A DNA stretch of 64,000 bases from an uncultured Candidatus Saccharibacteria bacterium (GTDB lineage Bacteria > Patescibacteriota > Minisyncoccia > UBA6257 > Colwellbacteraceae): positions 13,349 to 77,348 of the forward strand of contig CAZSQQ010000002.1 of NCBI GenBank assembly GCA_964609135.1, read 5' to 3'. The notes under the pieces were generated by a model. It searched no databases. It was not told where the DNA came from and worked only from the letters and a program-made list of their open reading frames with translations. Positions 36,670 to 44,701 of the stretch are shown one piece after another. A program made the translations under genes and the position numbers. Position 1 is the first letter of the stretch, and the number at the start of each line of letters is the position of its first letter.

Positions 36670-38932
36670 ATTCACGTTACTGCTGGGGTCGCTCTTTTTC
36701 ACCTCAGCCACTATTCTCGCCTCACAAGTCCTCTTGGCCCGGGAATCCCGTGTCGCCTTCGGCTTTGGACTGGAGTTTATTATCTTTTCCTTCGCTATCG
36801 CTGGGGTTGGGTTAGGCGGACTAATTGTTTACTTCAAAAGCCTGAAACGAGATGCCGCCGAAACGGGCCGCTACTTAACCAAACTATTTCCGTTCTTTAC
36901 CATCCTTTCTCTCGTCCCATTTGTGGCGCTTCACTTTCTTCATGCGCCTACCGACTCCTCTCTTGTTAATTTTCTCGGACTATTCTTCTTTCTATCATCA
37001 CTCGCTTTTTATACAGTCGGTGGAATTTTAATTGCCACCATTCTCAAGTACCACGCCGAAAGAGTATCGCTATTATATTTTCTCGATCTTTTGGGCGGGG
37101 CGTTTGGAGCTCTGATTGTTATTTACCTGATGGATTCCTACGGCACAACAGGGACAGCCCTTTTTATTTACGCCGCGGCTCTCATCGCAACAGTGCTTTA
37201 TCTCCTCTATCGGTTTGGCTTCAAGGTTCTAACCCTTGGCGTGGTAGCGCTCTTAGCGATACCGCTCGCCTTACCGCCGGCCGAATCCTTTCAGGTTTCC
37301 TGCCGCTCGGGAAGAGACTCGTTACTAGTTGAATCCAACTCGTTTTCCCAAATTAACATCGATCCCATCTCGCCGGTTGATGCCGCCAGGTCCAAAGAAG
37401 TAATTGGAATTGATTACCAGCCGGGAAAATCAAACTTTAAAATTTTAAATCTTTCTCGTGACTGTAAACCGAGCGTTGCTTACATCCTCAAGTTTAAGGA
37501 GTTGAGTGACGTTAACTTTCTTCTCAAGAGTATCAATAACCTCCCCTACCTATTGCGGGATTACCAACACGTCTTAGAGATTGGTTCCGGCCCTGGTAAC
37601 TGGGTCATTATTGGTGCCTTAAACAAAGTTCCTGATATCACTGCCGTTGAAATCAATCCTTTGGTAATAGATACTTTCAGACGAACGGTTGACTACAATA
37701 TCTATCAAAATCCGTCGGTTAATCTCCAAGTTGTCGAGGGACGCAATTTTGTCGCTTCCTCCAGTAAAAAATATGATCTCATTTTTCTTTTTACCAAGAC
37801 TTACGGCGGCGTGGGCACGGCAGCTTATGCTTTTTCCGAGAATTATCTTTTCACCAAAGAGGCCTACCAATTATATCTTGATCGCTTGAGTCCGCACGGT
37901 GTCCTGGCTATCGCCGGCGATAATTGGTTCCATACCATCTTGACAGAGAATCTGGTGCCGACCCTTTCCTCTCGCGGACTCGATCCCATAAATCATCTGC
38001 TCATTGCGGAAGGACAAAATTATTCGCTGACCTTGGCCGCCAAAGACGGTTTTTCAGCCGCCGAACAAGGTAAGCTCGCCAGTTTCGCTCAACCGCTCGG
38101 CTATCAGCCCAAAATCCTAACTTCTACCAACGTAACACAGTACCTAGCTAAAAATACCGACGTCACCGACGACCGACCTTTTCTCATCAACACCAGCGAT
38201 CTCATCACTAGCCTCGGCAGTTCTAACGCCATCAATATCGGCTCGGAACAAAGCGGTCTCACCTTCCAGTATCTACTTTGGCTTTTGGGATTAACTGCGC
38301 TCGCTTATGCCGCCGTCATTATCCTGCCTTTCCGAAGGGGGGTTCCAGTAAATAAAAATACTGTTTATCTGACGGCTTTCTTTAGTTTAGTCGGTGTTGG
38401 TTTCATTACTTTTGAGTTGAGTCTAGTCCAAAAGTTGGCGCTTTTCTTGGAGCGACCGCAATGGCCGATCTCGGTTGGTCTGGCGGCAATTCTCTTTTTC
38501 GGCGGACTGGGAAGCTTGGTCACTTCCCGAGTGAGGTCGCTGGAACTTCGTCCTTGGGTTAGCCGGGCGGTTTTAGCTCTCTTACTGCTCTCTCTAAGCT
38601 ATCTCTATCTTTTTGATTACCTCTTCACCAACTTCTCGTCACTGCCCGAAGTTTCGAGAATTATCCTAACCGTCTCGGCCTTAGCAATCCCGAGTTTCCT
38701 GGCCGGCATGGTCTTCCCCATTGGCCTGCGCATGACTGCCCTCGTCTCCGTCGCCTTCATTCCCTGGATGTATGCTATCGACGGCGTGACTTCAGTCCTG
38801 GGCGGTGTGGTGAGTAAAATCATTTTCCTGCTTTGGGGTTTTAAGACTGAGTTTATGATTGGAATACTTATGTATTGTCTCGCCCTGCTGGTTTTGTTTA
38901 AAATAAGAATAAATGGAGACCAAACGGCTTAA
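36653..38932 (+). CDS. fusion: membrane domain plus spermidine-synthase-like domain plus second C-terminal membrane domain (paralog 2)
   Basis: VLEIGSGPGNWVI...ITAVEINPLVID...VVEGRNF, flanked by TM bundles; 17-nt overlap with paralog 1. Confidence 0.6.
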   Translation: MIWKNKFTLLLGSLFFTSATILASQVLLARESRVAFGFGLEFIIFSFAIAGVGLGGLIVYFKSLKRDAAETGRYLTKLFPFFTILSLVPFVALHFLHAPTDSSLVNFLGLFFFLSSLAFYTVGGILIATILKYHAERVSLLYFLDLLGGAFGALIVIYLMDSYGTTGTALFIYAAALIATVLYLLYRFGFKVLTLGVVALLAIPLALPPAESFQVSCRSGRDSLLVESNSFSQINIDPISPVDAARSKEVIGIDYQPGKSNFKILNLSRDCKPSVAYILKFKELSDVNFLLKSINNLPYLLRDYQHVLEIGSGPGNWVIIGALNKVPDITAVEINPLVIDTFRRTVDYNIYQNPSVNLQVVEGRNFVASSSKKYDLIFLFTKTYGGVGTAAYAFSENYLFTKEAYQLYLDRLSPHGVLAIAGDNWFHTILTENLVPTLSSRGLDPINHLLIAEGQNYSLTLAAKDGFSAAEQGKLASFAQPLGYQPKILTSTNVTQYLAKNTDVTDDRPFLINTSDLITSLGSSNAINIGSEQSGLTFQYLLWLLGLTALAYAAVIILPFRRGVPVNKNTVYLTAFFSLVGVGFITFELSLVQKLALFLERPQWPISVGLAAILFFGGLGSLVTSRVRSLELRPWVSRAVLALLLLSLSYLYLFDYLFTNFSSLPEVSRIILTVSALAIPSFLAGMVFPIGLRMTALVSVAFIPWMYAIDGVTSVLGGVVSKIIFLLWGFKTEFMIGILMYCLALLVLFKIRINGDQTA

Positions 38933-39587
38933 TGAAAAGAAAATTAGTATTATAGGACCACTCTTAGTTTTAGCCGTCGGCGTTCTTCTCATTGTCGACT
39001 ATGGGAAAAGAAGCCCAGTGGAAAATTCCGGCGATTCAATCAAGTGGAGCGCGGAGCAGGTCAAGAACGACCTTGTAAAGGGTAAAATCGATCTGGAATT
39101 CCAGAAATATTTCGACCGGGACCCGGAACGGAAAGTGCCGGATCAAAAAAATATCATCGTCGCCCCGGCTGACGGCTTAGTGACTGGGGTGACGAAAGAC
39201 CAAGACGGCGTCACTATCATCATCCACCTTTCGCTCTTTGATGTTCATGTTCAGCGGGTGCCAATTAGCGGGAAGGTTACGAATATCGAGCATGTCGGGA
39301 ACGGCTACTTCTCCGCCAAAGATCCCCAGTACCTGAACGGTGTTCAGACTGTTACCACCATCACGACCGCCGTGGGCGAGGTCAAAGTCAAACAAATCAC
39401 CGCTCTTTTTACTACTAGGATCCAAACCTACCCCAAAGTTGGTGACACGATGCGGATTGGTGATCGACTGGGGCAGATTTTGCTTGGCAGCACCGTCATT
39501 GTTATTCTTCCCGATAATACGAATATTATGGTAAGGCCGGGAGACAAAGTTTACGGAGCAGAAACCGTTATAGCTAACTACCGCTAA
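38913..39587 (+). CDS. psd: phosphatidylserine decarboxylase proenzyme (short/archaeal-type)
   Basis: SLFDVHVQRVPISG (D-x-H..P block) and C-terminal LLGSTVI (LGST self-cleavage motif). Confidence 0.6.
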   Translation: METKRLNEKKISIIGPLLVLAVGVLLIVDYGKRSPVENSGDSIKWSAEQVKNDLVKGKIDLEFQKYFDRDPERKVPDQKNIIVAPADGLVTGVTKDQDGVTIIIHLSLFDVHVQRVPISGKVTNIEHVGNGYFSAKDPQYLNGVQTVTTITTAVGEVKVKQITALFTTRIQTYPKVGDTMRIGDRLGQILLGSTVIVILPDNTNIMVRPGDKVYGAETVIANYR

Positions 39588-39594
39588 TAAAAAT

Positions 39595-41391
39595 ATGTCA
39601 TTCCCGATAAAGCGATTAAAGAAGCAGCAATCTTTTTTTCTTATAGCAACACTCTTGGCGTTGGGTTCAGTTGTCGTTCTTTACAAATATAGTTTGATCT
39701 CGCCAACCGACGAAGAGGGTGATAATAATCGGGCAGAGCTAATACGTTCTGTCTATATCGCCTCCGAAAACGATGGTTGGGCGGTCGGCAACTTGGGAAG
39801 AATTTACAGACTGGGCGAGAATGGGTGGAATTCATTTGAAAGTCCGACTAAACAAAGGCTTCACTCGGTTTCATTCGCCTCCAAAAACGATGGTTGGGCG
39901 GTGGGTTATAGGGGAACTATTATCCATTGGGACGGTGTAGCTTGGCAATTGGCCAAAAACCCTACAGACGATTGGTTAAGGTCGGTGCAAATGCTCTCGC
40001 CCGACGACGGCTGGGCCGTCGGTCACAATAGCATTCTCCACTATGACGGTAAGGAGTGGAAAGAAATAGAAAGGCCTGCCGGAGTTGATAAGCCGCTCAA
40101 AATAGTGAGTATGCTTTCCAAAGACTACGGTTGGATAGCGGGCGATGACGGCACCATCCTTCGCTTTGACGGAAAAAATTGGGAGAAGGTATCCTCCCCC
40201 ACCAACTTGAGACTTCGAGCCATATACACTCTTTCCAAAACCAATGCCTGGATAACGGGAGAAAACGGTCTAATACTGCACTGGGACGGAAATATTTGGC
40301 AAAAAGTAAAAAGCCCGGTGGATAATTGGCTAAGATCGGTCTATTTCACTTCCGAAAACGACGGTTGGGCGGTGGGCCACAACGGACACATCATCCGCTT
40401 TGACGGGCAAACTTGGCAAAAGGTTGAATCGCCCACCGACACCCGGCTCGACCAAATTGTGATGACTGGAAAAGGTGAGGGCTGGATCGTAGGCAACGGC
40501 AACCTAATCCTGAAATGGGACGGGGAGAATTGGCGAACCGAACAATCCCTGCCGATTTTCATGCTTAAACAAATTTTTGCCGTCTCTGACGAAGACGTCT
40601 GGGCGGTCGGCAATAACGGCACGATAACTCACTTTGACGGTAAGTTTTGGTCAAATACCGCGCCCACAACTAATAATTTAAATTCTCTGTATTTATCTTC
40701 GCAGAAATATGGGTGGGCGGTGGGAGACGATGGCGTGATTCTCTCCTTTGACGGCGAGAAGTGGACAGTTGAGAAAAGTCCCACCTCGGAAAGATTGGAA
40801 TACGTTTATGCCACCTCAAAGGATGACGCTTGGGCGGTTGGGTTTAACGGCACAATCATTCATTGGAATGGACAAAGCTGGCAAAGCGTAAAAAGTCCCA
40901 CCCAAGAAAGATTGCGGAATGTTTTTATACTCAATCCCCAATATGGGTACGCGGTCGGCGAACACGCTACCATCCTTTTCTGGAACGGGAAAACTTGGGA
41001 ACCCCAAAACCCGCCTCAAAGCGTTATCGGTTCCGCTCCGACGCTGCACTCCGTTTCCATATTGTCAGAACGGGATGCCTGGATAACGGGGTACGGAGTG
41101 CTTTTAAGATGGGGTGGAAAAGAATGGCGTGAGGTCGGAGACAACCACAAAAGACTCCACTCGATCTACATGCTCTCCCAAAACGACGGCTGGATTGTCG
41201 GCAACTTTGGCACTATTTACTATTGGGATGGAAAGGAGTGGACTCTTATGAAAAATGCCGCCCAGGAGAAACAACAAAGACTTCATTCAGTTTCTTTTTC
41301 CTCTCCTTCGAATGGCTGGGCGCTGGACTTCACGACCGGAACTATCTGGCGCTACAACGGAAAAACATGGGCAGAAAACAATCTGCCTTAA
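39595..41391 (+). CDS. secreted beta-propeller-like repeat protein (14 tandem ~42-aa repeats, Ycf48/BNR-like)
   Basis: Signal anchor then 14 repeats of pattern S..DGWAVG..G.I.HWDG..W. Confidence 0.55.
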   Translation: MSFPIKRLKKQQSFFLIATLLALGSVVVLYKYSLISPTDEEGDNNRAELIRSVYIASENDGWAVGNLGRIYRLGENGWNSFESPTKQRLHSVSFASKNDGWAVGYRGTIIHWDGVAWQLAKNPTDDWLRSVQMLSPDDGWAVGHNSILHYDGKEWKEIERPAGVDKPLKIVSMLSKDYGWIAGDDGTILRFDGKNWEKVSSPTNLRLRAIYTLSKTNAWITGENGLILHWDGNIWQKVKSPVDNWLRSVYFTSENDGWAVGHNGHIIRFDGQTWQKVESPTDTRLDQIVMTGKGEGWIVGNGNLILKWDGENWRTEQSLPIFMLKQIFAVSDEDVWAVGNNGTITHFDGKFWSNTAPTTNNLNSLYLSSQKYGWAVGDDGVILSFDGEKWTVEKSPTSERLEYVYATSKDDAWAVGFNGTIIHWNGQSWQSVKSPTQERLRNVFILNPQYGYAVGEHATILFWNGKTWEPQNPPQSVIGSAPTLHSVSILSERDAWITGYGVLLRWGGKEWREVGDNHKRLHSIYMLSQNDGWIVGNFGTIYYWDGKEWTLMKNAAQEKQQRLHSVSFSSPSNGWALDFTTGTIWRYNGKTWAENNLP

Positions 41392-42856
41392 ACCGATTGT
41401 TCAATCTTTCCTTTAAGTCGCTTACAACATCAGCCCTCTCGTCTAAAACATTATGAAGTTCCTCCTTGTCTTGACTAATATCATATAATTCTAAGCTTTC
41501 TTTAGACGTACCATCTTTCTCAAAAACCGTTTCTTTGATTAGCTTCCAGTTTTTATCTCTTATCACCTCAACTCTGGTTTTCTTTTCGTAATATTGATTA
41601 TTTGCGCCGGGAGTAAAATTAGAACCTGCAAATATATATTCGTTAACTTCCTTATCTTGAAATATAAGCGGGCTTAGACTTTTACCCTCGATAGGAAGCC
41701 GATTTTGAATTCCCAGTAGGTCAAGAAGTGTCGGCAAAATATCAATTTGTTCCGCCAAGCCGTCAATTCTCTTGGGAGAAATTTGTGAACTCTTTATAAG
41801 AAGAGGAATATGTAAAACGTCATCATAAAAAGTTCCCCGAAGCGGACCGCCTCGCATAAACCTGCCGTATTTGCCGAACATATCCCCGTGTTCCGAAGCA
41901 AATATGATTATCGTCTTATCGTAAATGCCCAAAGACTTTAGTTCGTTCAGCAGCTTGCCTATTTCTTTGTCGGCAGAGGTAATGCTTTCGTCGTAAAGCG
42001 CAATGAGATGTTTTACGTCTTCCTCTCCCAACAGCACAAATTTATCGGTGCCCGTCTTGGAAAAATAAACCTTGTAATACGTCTGGCCATCTATAATTTG
42101 GGGACCAGTTCTGTCAAACGTCCATAAACAATCGGAAAAATCGACGGCGCCTTTATAATTTTTATCGTAAGTCAGTCCCCCATTTTGAGAAAATGGGCAA
42201 TGAGCGTCAAATCCCTGGACCTGGACAAAAAATTTCTCTCGGCTATTCTCTTTCAACCAATCAATGGCTTTGGGCACGGTGCAAGTCACCTCTCCATACT
42301 GGCTGGGACCGCCGATTCTCGGGCCCGGTTGCCTGGGATAATTCTGTCCTTGTCCCCTAGTGCACTCTTCATAATGATCAAAACGGTTGGTCAGTCCGAA
42401 TTCGGTATTGTAATCAAAACCTCCGGTAAATGCGGCGGTTGTGTAACCGTTATCCTTTAAAACATCAATTAGGGTAGGTGTGTATTTCGATAGCGTGCTC
42501 CCATCGTACCTATTCATCACTCCGTGCTGAAATGGGAAAAGGGATGTGTAGATAGAAATGATCTCCGGGAGCGTCCAACTGGAATGTCCAAAGGCATTTT
42601 GGAATACCAAAGATTCTTTGGATAGCTTATCAACGTTGGGCGTAGTGGGTCTCGAGTAGCCGTTCCCTGACATATGGTCGTATCGAAGATTCGTCATAGT
42701 AATAAGCACAACGTTGCAGTCCTTACAGATATTGTCAGTAGGAACTGCCGTCACCTCCCGCTGGGCAGACACAGAAATTTCTTGTCTATAATTGTTGACT
42801 ATAAGGTAACCGCCTATAGCTAATACTGATAAAAATCCCAAAACAACTTTCTTCAT
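41342..42856 (-). CDS. sulfatase-like hydrolase/transferase (alkaline-phosphatase superfamily), secreted
   Basis: Signal peptide; sulfatase N-terminal-domain blocks including SLFPFQHG; lacks the CxPxR formylglycine motif, so transferase/phosphatase-like rather than true arylsulfatase. Confidence 0.65.
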   Translation of the reverse strand: MKKVVLGFLSVLAIGGYLIVNNYRQEISVSAQREVTAVPTDNICKDCNVVLITMTNLRYDHMSGNGYSRPTTPNVDKLSKESLVFQNAFGHSSWTLPEIISIYTSLFPFQHGVMNRYDGSTLSKYTPTLIDVLKDNGYTTAAFTGGFDYNTEFGLTNRFDHYEECTRGQGQNYPRQPGPRIGGPSQYGEVTCTVPKAIDWLKENSREKFFVQVQGFDAHCPFSQNGGLTYDKNYKGAVDFSDCLWTFDRTGPQIIDGQTYYKVYFSKTGTDKFVLLGEEDVKHLIALYDESITSADKEIGKLLNELKSLGIYDKTIIIFASEHGDMFGKYGRFMRGGPLRGTFYDDVLHIPLLIKSSQISPKRIDGLAEQIDILPTLLDLLGIQNRLPIEGKSLSPLIFQDKEVNEYIFAGSNFTPGANNQYYEKKTRVEVIRDKNWKLIKETVFEKDGTSKESLELYDISQDKEELHNVLDERADVVSDLKERLNNRFKADCFLPMFFRCSAR

Positions 42857-43404
42857 AAATTACAGCTGAAAGATTTGATAATTTTATCTATCTGGGCGTC
42901 ATCCGCGCCAAAAAGGTTTACTTCAAAAATTCCTTTCCCTCCGCAGTCGAAAAGGCCATACCTCGAATGGTACTTTATCAAATCTTCGGAACAAATCCCG
43001 TAGTTCATCCTCTCTCCGGCAAACAAGCTATAAATAACTCCACTTTCAACCTTCTCTTCTTTGGGCTTGAATTCCTCATCACACTTAACGATGTTAGTTA
43101 TAAATTCGGGATAAGGAGAGGTGGTGGGCTCGAAAAGAAGTTTTAAAATTTCTTTTTTGTCGTTAATAAACTTGCCGCTGTTTTCCGCTACAGATTTTAC
43201 TATTCTTGCTTTTGAATCGTCGGAAACAAGTTCGAGGGAGTCGCCGTTTTCACCGCCCACGTTATAGCTTTGCCAACTTGGCAAATTAACGCTAACTCCC
43301 CAGACGAACAATTTAATACTGGGGAAATTTAAAAAGGAAATTGCGCTAATAAGAAGAAGTAAAAGGGCTGTGAGCAAAAACTTCTTTGAGTTCGTAAAAA
43401 CCAC
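42853..43404 (-). CDS. hypothetical secreted protein (GTG start)
   Basis: 183 aa with N-terminal signal anchor. Confidence 0.4.
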   Translation of the reverse strand: MVFTNSKKFLLTALLLLLISAISFLNFPSIKLFVWGVSVNLPSWQSYNVGGENGDSLELVSDDSKARIVKSVAENSGKFINDKKEILKLLFEPTTSPYPEFITNIVKCDEEFKPKEEKVESGVIYSLFAGERMNYGICSEDLIKYHSRYGLFDCGGKGIFEVNLFGADDAQIDKIIKSFSCNL

Positions 43405-43480
43405 CTTCTAATTTTATCACAGGTTCAAATCTTTCAAGGTTTTCGGGTAATAAACGGTAAGATTTCTCAAAAAGAAAACA

Positions 43481-43496
43481 GTTTCATTAATGAAAC
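43481..43496. repeat. 16-bp perfect palindrome GTTTCATTAATGAAAC in divergent intergenic region
   Basis: Directly upstream of a TGTATAAAT -10-like box facing the truncated MopE-like copy. Confidence 0.7.
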
Positions 43497-43521
43497 CGAG
43501 GGCAGAGTGTATAAATTATAA

Positions 43522-44607
43522 ATAGGGAATCACTATAGAAGCACAGAAGGGGAAAAAGTTGCGGACAATGATACTTATACGACAGGTGCCAGCCAGCAGG
43601 TTCTCTCGGGGGCTACCCTGCCCGCGGGGTACAGGGCGGCTGTAAATGGCGCTGATTGCAACGATACCAACAACACCCTCTGGCAAAATCTGACTGGCTA
43701 TGCCGATGCCGATCTTGATACCTTTACGACCGGAGCAGGGGTGCAAGTCTGTTCTGGAGCGGCTCTGCCTTCAGGGTATAGAGCGGCTGTGAATGGGGCT
43801 GATTGCAATGACGCCAATGGCCTTATCTGGAGAAACAGGTATCGGGATGCCGACGCTGATACGTTTGGCGCGGGCGCTCTGGTCTGTGTTGGCAATGACG
43901 TTGGTTATGTTGATAACGCCAGTGATTGCAACGACGCCGATGTGAACAAGTGGCAGAATCTGACGGGCTATACCGATGCCGACAGTGACACCTTTACCAC
44001 AGGAGGAGGCGTGACAGTCTGTTCAGGAGCCTCTTTGCCTTCAGGATACAGATCAGCCGTGAATGGGGCTGATTGCAATGACGGGAACGCTTCCGTCTGG
44101 CAAAATCTTACCGGCTATACCGATTCCGATGCCGATGGTTATGGTTCATCAGGTCCCGGCAGTGTGTGTTCCGGAGCCAGTCTTCCGGGAGGCTATGTAT
44201 CTAACAACAGTGATTGTTATGATTCAAATGCTAATGCCCGTCCCGGACAGGGTAGCTTTTTTACTACCAATAGGGGTGACGGCAGTTTTGATTATGATTG
44301 TAATAGTGCCATTGCATATGACCAGCCGTACTATGACGACGTAGCCAATTTTACAATATCTCACTTTGATACTGGGCCATATGGCACTGTTTGCGTTACT
44401 GGCAGTACGGACAATTATAATCAAGTGACCAGTGCCTCTTTTTGCGGTACTTCGCATGAGAACTCCGTAGTTGCAGGTGGAACTCCATGTATTAGCTGCT
44501 CTACATCGAATTATCCTAATACTACCTGCTCAGCACCGGCTGGCGTATGCGGATACACTCAATTTTTCGGCTGTATACACAACTTCATGACCATAAGCTG
44601 TCATTAA
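43522..44607 (+). pseudogene. 5'-truncated MopE-type Cys-rich repeat protein (silent cassette / partial paralog of 44702..46189)
   Basis: Open frame from 43522 with no ATG/GTG/TTG before GTG 43741; no signal peptide; repeats of CSGASLPSGY..GADCND.N...WQNLTGYTDAD.DTYTTG; diverged C-terminal ~100 aa. Confidence 0.45.
43561..43700. repeat. IR-left: 140 bp perfectly identical in inverted orientation to 45567..45706
   Basis: Base-by-base comparison of both copies; identity begins and ends abruptly. Confidence 0.85.
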
Positions 44608-44630
44608 TGTTATTAGACGCAACTCAAATA

Positions 44631-44676
44631 TACTAAAGGTTTGCCCAGTGGTTAACCACTGGGCAAACCTTTAGTA
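44631..44676. repeat. 46-bp perfect palindrome (21-bp arms around TTAA; GTTAAC core) between the convergent MopE-like genes
   Basis: TACTAAAGGTTTGCCCAGTGG-TTAA-CCACTGGGCAAACCTTTAGTA. Confidence 0.85.
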
Positions 44677-44701
44677 TAAAAGAATAAGTCGTTGTACTGT
44701 C

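Noticed and set aside
43741-44607. Annotating the plus-strand MopE-like copy as an independent complete CDS from GTG 43741
   Set aside because: The open frame continues 219 nt upstream with protein-level repeat homology and no start codon. The product would also lack the signal peptide present in its paralog. It is better explained as a truncated cassette copy.
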